From Bacteroides sp. (GTDB lineage Bacteria; Bacteroidota; Bacteroidia; Bacteroidales; Muribaculaceae): a stretch of DNA of 64,000 nt. The stretch lies in NCBI GenBank assembly GCA_014802435.1, contig JAAVCG010000032.1:65839-129838 (forward strand), in the 5' to 3' direction. Shown here in pieces: positions 60,732-64,000 of the stretch. Positions within the stretch are counted from its first letter, which is position 1, and each line of letters opens with the position of its first letter. The position numbers and the translations under genes were made by a program. Below the pieces are notes generated by a model. That model was not told the origin of the DNA. It ran no database searches and worked only from the letters and a program-made list of their open reading frames with translations.

Positions 60732-61970
60732 ATGAAAAAAGGATTGATTTTGATGAGCTTGGCTCTGATTGGTCAGGCGGCGATGGCCGATGACCTGTGG
60801 GTTGCCAAGACTCAGAAGGGTTATGGCTGGGCCGGCAATGGCTGGGAGCTTGAGGAGGTCTATACTCAGAGCTATACCCGTGAAGGACTCGTCTCGCTGC
60901 AGACTGTAACGGATATTGAAGGCGGCGTTTCGCGTCAGTCGTTTCGTTATAACTCTAACGGAAAGATGATTTATCGCCTCACTTCGGCTGCGCAGTCGGT
61001 CTCCGGCCCTTTCAAGGATACTCAGAAGCTCACCCGCACTTATGACCATATCCTGACCGGATTTATTACTGATAATGACCAGCAAGTGCTCGTAGGCTCA
61101 ACCTGGCAGCCATCCAACTCTTATCGTCAGCAAATCACCCGCAATGAGTCGGGCGATGTCGTTCAGATGGTTCGCTCCGTGTTCTTCCAGGGCATCTATG
61201 ACCCCACTCATCATTTCAACGTTATATATAATGAGTCAGGCGACGCTACGGACCTGATTACCGAGGACTTGGACTATAATTACTCAAAGCAGGAATATTA
61301 CTGGAAACCGGGCCCAAGCTACAGAAACATTGTTTGGGATAAGTTTAACGGCCAGATTGTCAGTGTGGATAATCTTTTTGATGGAGAATGTCGCATCAAA
61401 TCAGCCGTGGCCACCATCGCGGGCGAGAAATATCGGATTTCAGCCGACTATGCCGATGATGGCAGCTGGACTTCACGTAGCGTTCAGTTTGACCCTGACG
61501 TAGACCTTGACCTCGAGGAGCGCACCGAGTATACTCCCCTGGACTCCAACGGCAGCTGCACGATTGTGACGACCATGGGCTATGTTGAAGATGGCGAAAT
61601 GATTGGCGCCGAACGCCATATTTATAATTTCAAATATGACGCTAACGGCCTGATTCTGCTTGAAGAAGAGCTCTATGACAACGGCGGCGAGGTTGAAATC
61701 ATTTCCCGCACGGTCGGCTCCGTTGAGTATGATGCCGAAAATGGCTATCCAACTCGCTGGACCGTTACCATCTACGATGATGAAACCGGCGAGATGGTCA
61801 ATGCGTTCCGCGCCGAATATGAGGACTATGTCAACCTCGGCGAAAGCGCCATCGATGTGGTCGCTGCCGGCGAACAGGGCGCCCGCTATTATGACTTCCG
61901 CGGCATCCCCGTCAACACTCCCCGCAAGGGTCAGATTCTGATTCATAACAATAAAAAAATCAGAATTTAA
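60732..61970 (+). CDS. Secreted hypothetical protein with a T9SS (Por) C-terminal sorting domain
   Basis: Signal peptide MKKGLILMSLALIGQAAMA. The C-terminus ..RYYDFRGIPVNTPRKGQILIHNNKKIRI is typical of T9SS CTDs. Confidence 0.7.
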   Translation: MKKGLILMSLALIGQAAMADDLWVAKTQKGYGWAGNGWELEEVYTQSYTREGLVSLQTVTDIEGGVSRQSFRYNSNGKMIYRLTSAAQSVSGPFKDTQKLTRTYDHILTGFITDNDQQVLVGSTWQPSNSYRQQITRNESGDVVQMVRSVFFQGIYDPTHHFNVIYNESGDATDLITEDLDYNYSKQEYYWKPGPSYRNIVWDKFNGQIVSVDNLFDGECRIKSAVATIAGEKYRISADYADDGSWTSRSVQFDPDVDLDLEERTEYTPLDSNGSCTIVTTMGYVEDGEMIGAERHIYNFKYDANGLILLEEELYDNGGEVEIISRTVGSVEYDAENGYPTRWTVTIYDDETGEMVNAFRAEYEDYVNLGESAIDVVAAGEQGARYYDFRGIPVNTPRKGQILIHNNKKIRI

Positions 61971-62002
61971 CCGAAAAACTTGCACGGTAAGGAAATAATT
62001 CG

Positions 62003-62010
62003 TAACTTTG
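62003..62010 (+). promoter_or_regulatory. Candidate -7 box TAACTTTG for rpsF-rpsR-rplI
   Basis: 62 nt upstream of the ATG at 62073. Confidence 0.5.
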
Positions 62011-62072
62011 CGGTCGCTTTACGAAGCGTTAAACCAATTTTTTTCAATCAAATTATTCACCTACAACAAAAG

Positions 62073-62453
62073 ATGAACAACTACGAAACCGTTTTCATTC
62101 TGACTCCCGTTTTGTCTGACCAGCAGGCAAAGGAAGCGGTAGAAAAGTTCACCAAAGTGCTGACTGACAATGGTGCAGCCATCGTGAACGAAGAAAACTG
62201 GGGTCTGCGTAAACTCGCTTATCCCATCGAGAAGAAGTCAACCGGCTACTATACTCTGGTTGAATTTGACTCAAACCCCGAAGTTATCAAGAAGCTCGAA
62301 ACCGCTTTCCGTCGTGACGAACGCGTGCTCCGCTTCCTGACTTTCCGCCTTGACAAGTATGCCAAGGAATATGCTGACAAGCGTCGCGCTCGCAAGACCG
62401 CCGCTCCCGCAGCCCCCGCAACCGAAGTTGAACCGGCTACTGCTGCCGAATAA
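62073..62453 (+). CDS. rpsF: 30S ribosomal protein S6
   Basis: [12 protein letters not shown]... with a typical S6 N-terminus and an Ala/Pro-rich tail. Confidence 0.95.
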   Translation: MNNYETVFILTPVLSDQQAKEAVEKFTKVLTDNGAAIVNEENWGLRKLAYPIEKKSTGYYTLVEFDSNPEVIKKLETAFRRDERVLRFLTFRLDKYAKEYADKRRARKTAAPAAPATEVEPATAAE

Positions 62454-62470
62454 AAACCGCTAAGATTACA

Positions 62471-62737
62471 ATGGCACAGAATTCAGAAATCCGCTATCTG
62501 ACCCCCCTGTCAGTAGACAAGAACAAGAAGAAATATTGCCGTTTCAAGCGCAGCGGCATCAAGTATATCGACTATAAGGATCCCGAGTTCCTGAAGAAGT
62601 TCCTCAACGAACAGGGCAAACTCCTTCCCCGTCGAATCACCGGCACCTCGCTGAAATTCCAGCGTCGTGTGGCTCAGGCCGTTAAGCGTGCCCGCCACCT
62701 GGCCCTCCTCCCCTATGTAACCGACCTGATGAAATAA
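62471..62737 (+). CDS. rpsR: 30S ribosomal protein S18
   Basis: ..[14 protein letters not shown]...LPRRITG...QR..A.A.KRAR.LALLPY. Confidence 0.96.
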   Translation: MAQNSEIRYLTPLSVDKNKKKYCRFKRSGIKYIDYKDPEFLKKFLNEQGKLLPRRITGTSLKFQRRVAQAVKRARHLALLPYVTDLMK

Positions 62738-62763
62738 CCCATATTAAGGAGACAATATAGACT

Positions 62764-63216
62764 ATGAAACTGATTCTTATTCAAGATGTCCCCAATCTGG
62801 GATACAAGGACGACGTTGTAGAGGTTAAGGCCGGATATGGTCGTAACTATCTGATTCCTCAGCAAAAGGCTGTTATCGCCACTGAAAGCGCCCTCAAGGT
62901 GCTCGCTGAAAACCAGCGTCAGCGCGCTCATAAGCTCGCGCAAATCAAGGCTGAAGCTGAAGCCGCTGCCGCCGCTCTGGCCGACGTTAAGCTCTCAATT
63001 GCCGCTAAGACCGCCGAAACCGGTACTATCTATGGCGCTGTAAATGCCGCTACCGTTGCTGAAGCTCTCGCTAAGCTCGGCCACGAAGTGGACCGCAAGC
63101 TCATTTCTCTCAACACCACCATCAAGGAAGTTGGTAACTACAACGCCACCGTTCGCTTCCACAAGGAAGTTGCCGTGGTTATCCCCGTGGAAGTTGTTGC
63201 TGAAGTAGCTGAATAA
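62764..63216 (+). CDS. rplI: 50S ribosomal protein L9
   Basis: MKLILIQDVPNLGYKDDVVEVKAGYGRNYLIP. Confidence 0.96.
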   Translation: MKLILIQDVPNLGYKDDVVEVKAGYGRNYLIPQQKAVIATESALKVLAENQRQRAHKLAQIKAEAEAAAAALADVKLSIAAKTAETGTIYGAVNAATVAEALAKLGHEVDRKLISLNTTIKEVGNYNATVRFHKEVAVVIPVEVVAEVAE

Positions 63217-63245
63217 ATTTGAAGTTTACTCATAATTCACCCAGA

Positions 63246-63291
63246 AACCTGCACATGAGGCTATCCAAGTGTGCAGGTTTTGTCGTTTTTT
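63246..63291 (+). terminator. Rho-independent terminator after rplI
   Basis: aacctgcaca / tgtgcaggtt form a 10-bp stem with a 14-nt loop, followed by a T-rich tract. Confidence 0.75.
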
Positions 63292-63335
63292 AGGTTTTTT
63301 AACCGCAAAAGGTTGGCTCGCACACAATTTTTTTG

Positions 63336-63343
63336 TAAATTTG
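63336..63343 (+). promoter_or_regulatory. Candidate -7 box TAAATTTG for ndk
   Basis: 41 nt upstream of the ATG at 63385. Confidence 0.5.
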
Positions 63344-63384
63344 CACGTAGATAATTAAGAACCTAAATAAATTTTGATATTATC

Positions 63385-63849
63385 ATGGAAACCACTCTCG
63401 TAATCCTCAAGCCCTCCGCTATCCTCCATGGATACGTCGGTCAGATCATAACCCGATTCCAGCAAAAAGGTCTGGTCATTCACGGCATGAAAATGATGAC
63501 TCTCTCTGATGAGATTCTCAGTGAACATTACGCTCACCTTGCTGACCGCCCCTTCTTCCCGGATCTGGTTAAGTCAATGAAAGCCTCGCCGGTTATCGTC
63601 ATGGCTCTCTGGGGCAAGGATGCAGTTGAAGTGGTTCGCCTCATGACCGGAGCTACCAACGGACGCAAAGCCCTCCCCGGAACAATCAGAGGCGATTTCA
63701 GCGTCAGCGGTCAGGAAAACATAATCCATGCCTCAGACTCCATTGAAAGCGCTGAAATCGAACTCAAACGCTTCTTCAAACCCGAAGAAATCATTCACTA
63801 CGAACCCTCCTCTCTCTCTTACACTTACGAGCCCGCCGAGCTCCTCTGA
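63385..63849 (+). CDS. ndk: Nucleoside diphosphate kinase
   Basis: TLVILKPSA.., ..GATNG...PGTIRGDF.., NIIHASDS (active-site His). Confidence 0.96.
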   Translation: METTLVILKPSAILHGYVGQIITRFQQKGLVIHGMKMMTLSDEILSEHYAHLADRPFFPDLVKSMKASPVIVMALWGKDAVEVVRLMTGATNGRKALPGTIRGDFSVSGQENIIHASDSIESAEIELKRFFKPEEIIHYEPSSLSYTYEPAELL

Positions 63850-63955
63850 AAAGTCAAAATCCGGCAAACCTCTCATCCTTGATTAAACCTCTCTTTCACA
63901 TTTCTTTTTAAACCGATCAAAATCATTCCCATTTCTTAGAAAGGACAAAACATAA

Positions 63956-64000
63956 TGCGATATAATTTAAAAACTATCTTTTTAACTGCCATGGCTACGG
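63956..64000 (+). CDS. Possible 5' end of a secreted protein gene, cut by the window edge
   Basis: ATG then MRYNLKTIFLTAMAT, which is signal-like. Only 15 codons are visible. Confidence 0.25.

Noticed and set aside
60726-61985. Minus-strand ORFs (119 aa, 170 aa) opposite the T9SS cargo gene
   Set aside because: They are antisense shadows with no signal or motif, whereas the plus-strand ORF has both a signal peptide and a CTD.

Overview
This 64-kb chromosomal window is most likely from a Bacteroidales (Bacteroidota) genome. The evidence is many TAnnTTTG '-7' promoter boxes, a UpxY-type antiterminator heading a capsule locus, a T9SS C-terminal sorting signal and a long YidC. The GC-rich backbone carries housekeeping genes: obg, rpsA, pyrG, yidC, purM, hemW, holB, galK/galM, rpsF-rpsR-rplI, ndk and tRNA-Gln. 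AT-rich accessory blocks interrupt it (composition judged by eye, not computed).

(1) 3062-11823 is the most unusual block. It holds two divergent, translationally coupled operons. They encode a leader-bearing 159-aa protein with 12 Cys and no Sec signal, a C39-like/VKOR/thioredoxin fusion, two 'LanC-like helical repeat protein + glycosyltransferase' pairs, and a plug/beta-barrel outer-membrane protein. I read this as a candidate glycocin-like or bacteriocin-like maturation system that I cannot match to a described family.

(2) 19179-31938 is a capsular polysaccharide locus. Its promoter sits between perfect 29-bp inverted repeats that abut a tyrosine recombinase gene, and it is in the ON orientation here. 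The regulatory and flippase end is GC-rich, while the biosynthetic cassette is AT-rich.

(3) A two-gene module of unknown function (18400-19082) is bracketed by a duplicated promoter segment shared with rpsA.

(4) Two nested-palindrome MITE-like elements flank a dipeptide epimerase gene.

(5) A 28-bp inverted repeat pair encloses 110 bp directly upstream of an operon of unknown function.

(6) Short 7-9-nt tandem-repeat tracts recur at gene boundaries.

All functional calls come from reading the translated ORFs and motifs by eye. No database search was run.
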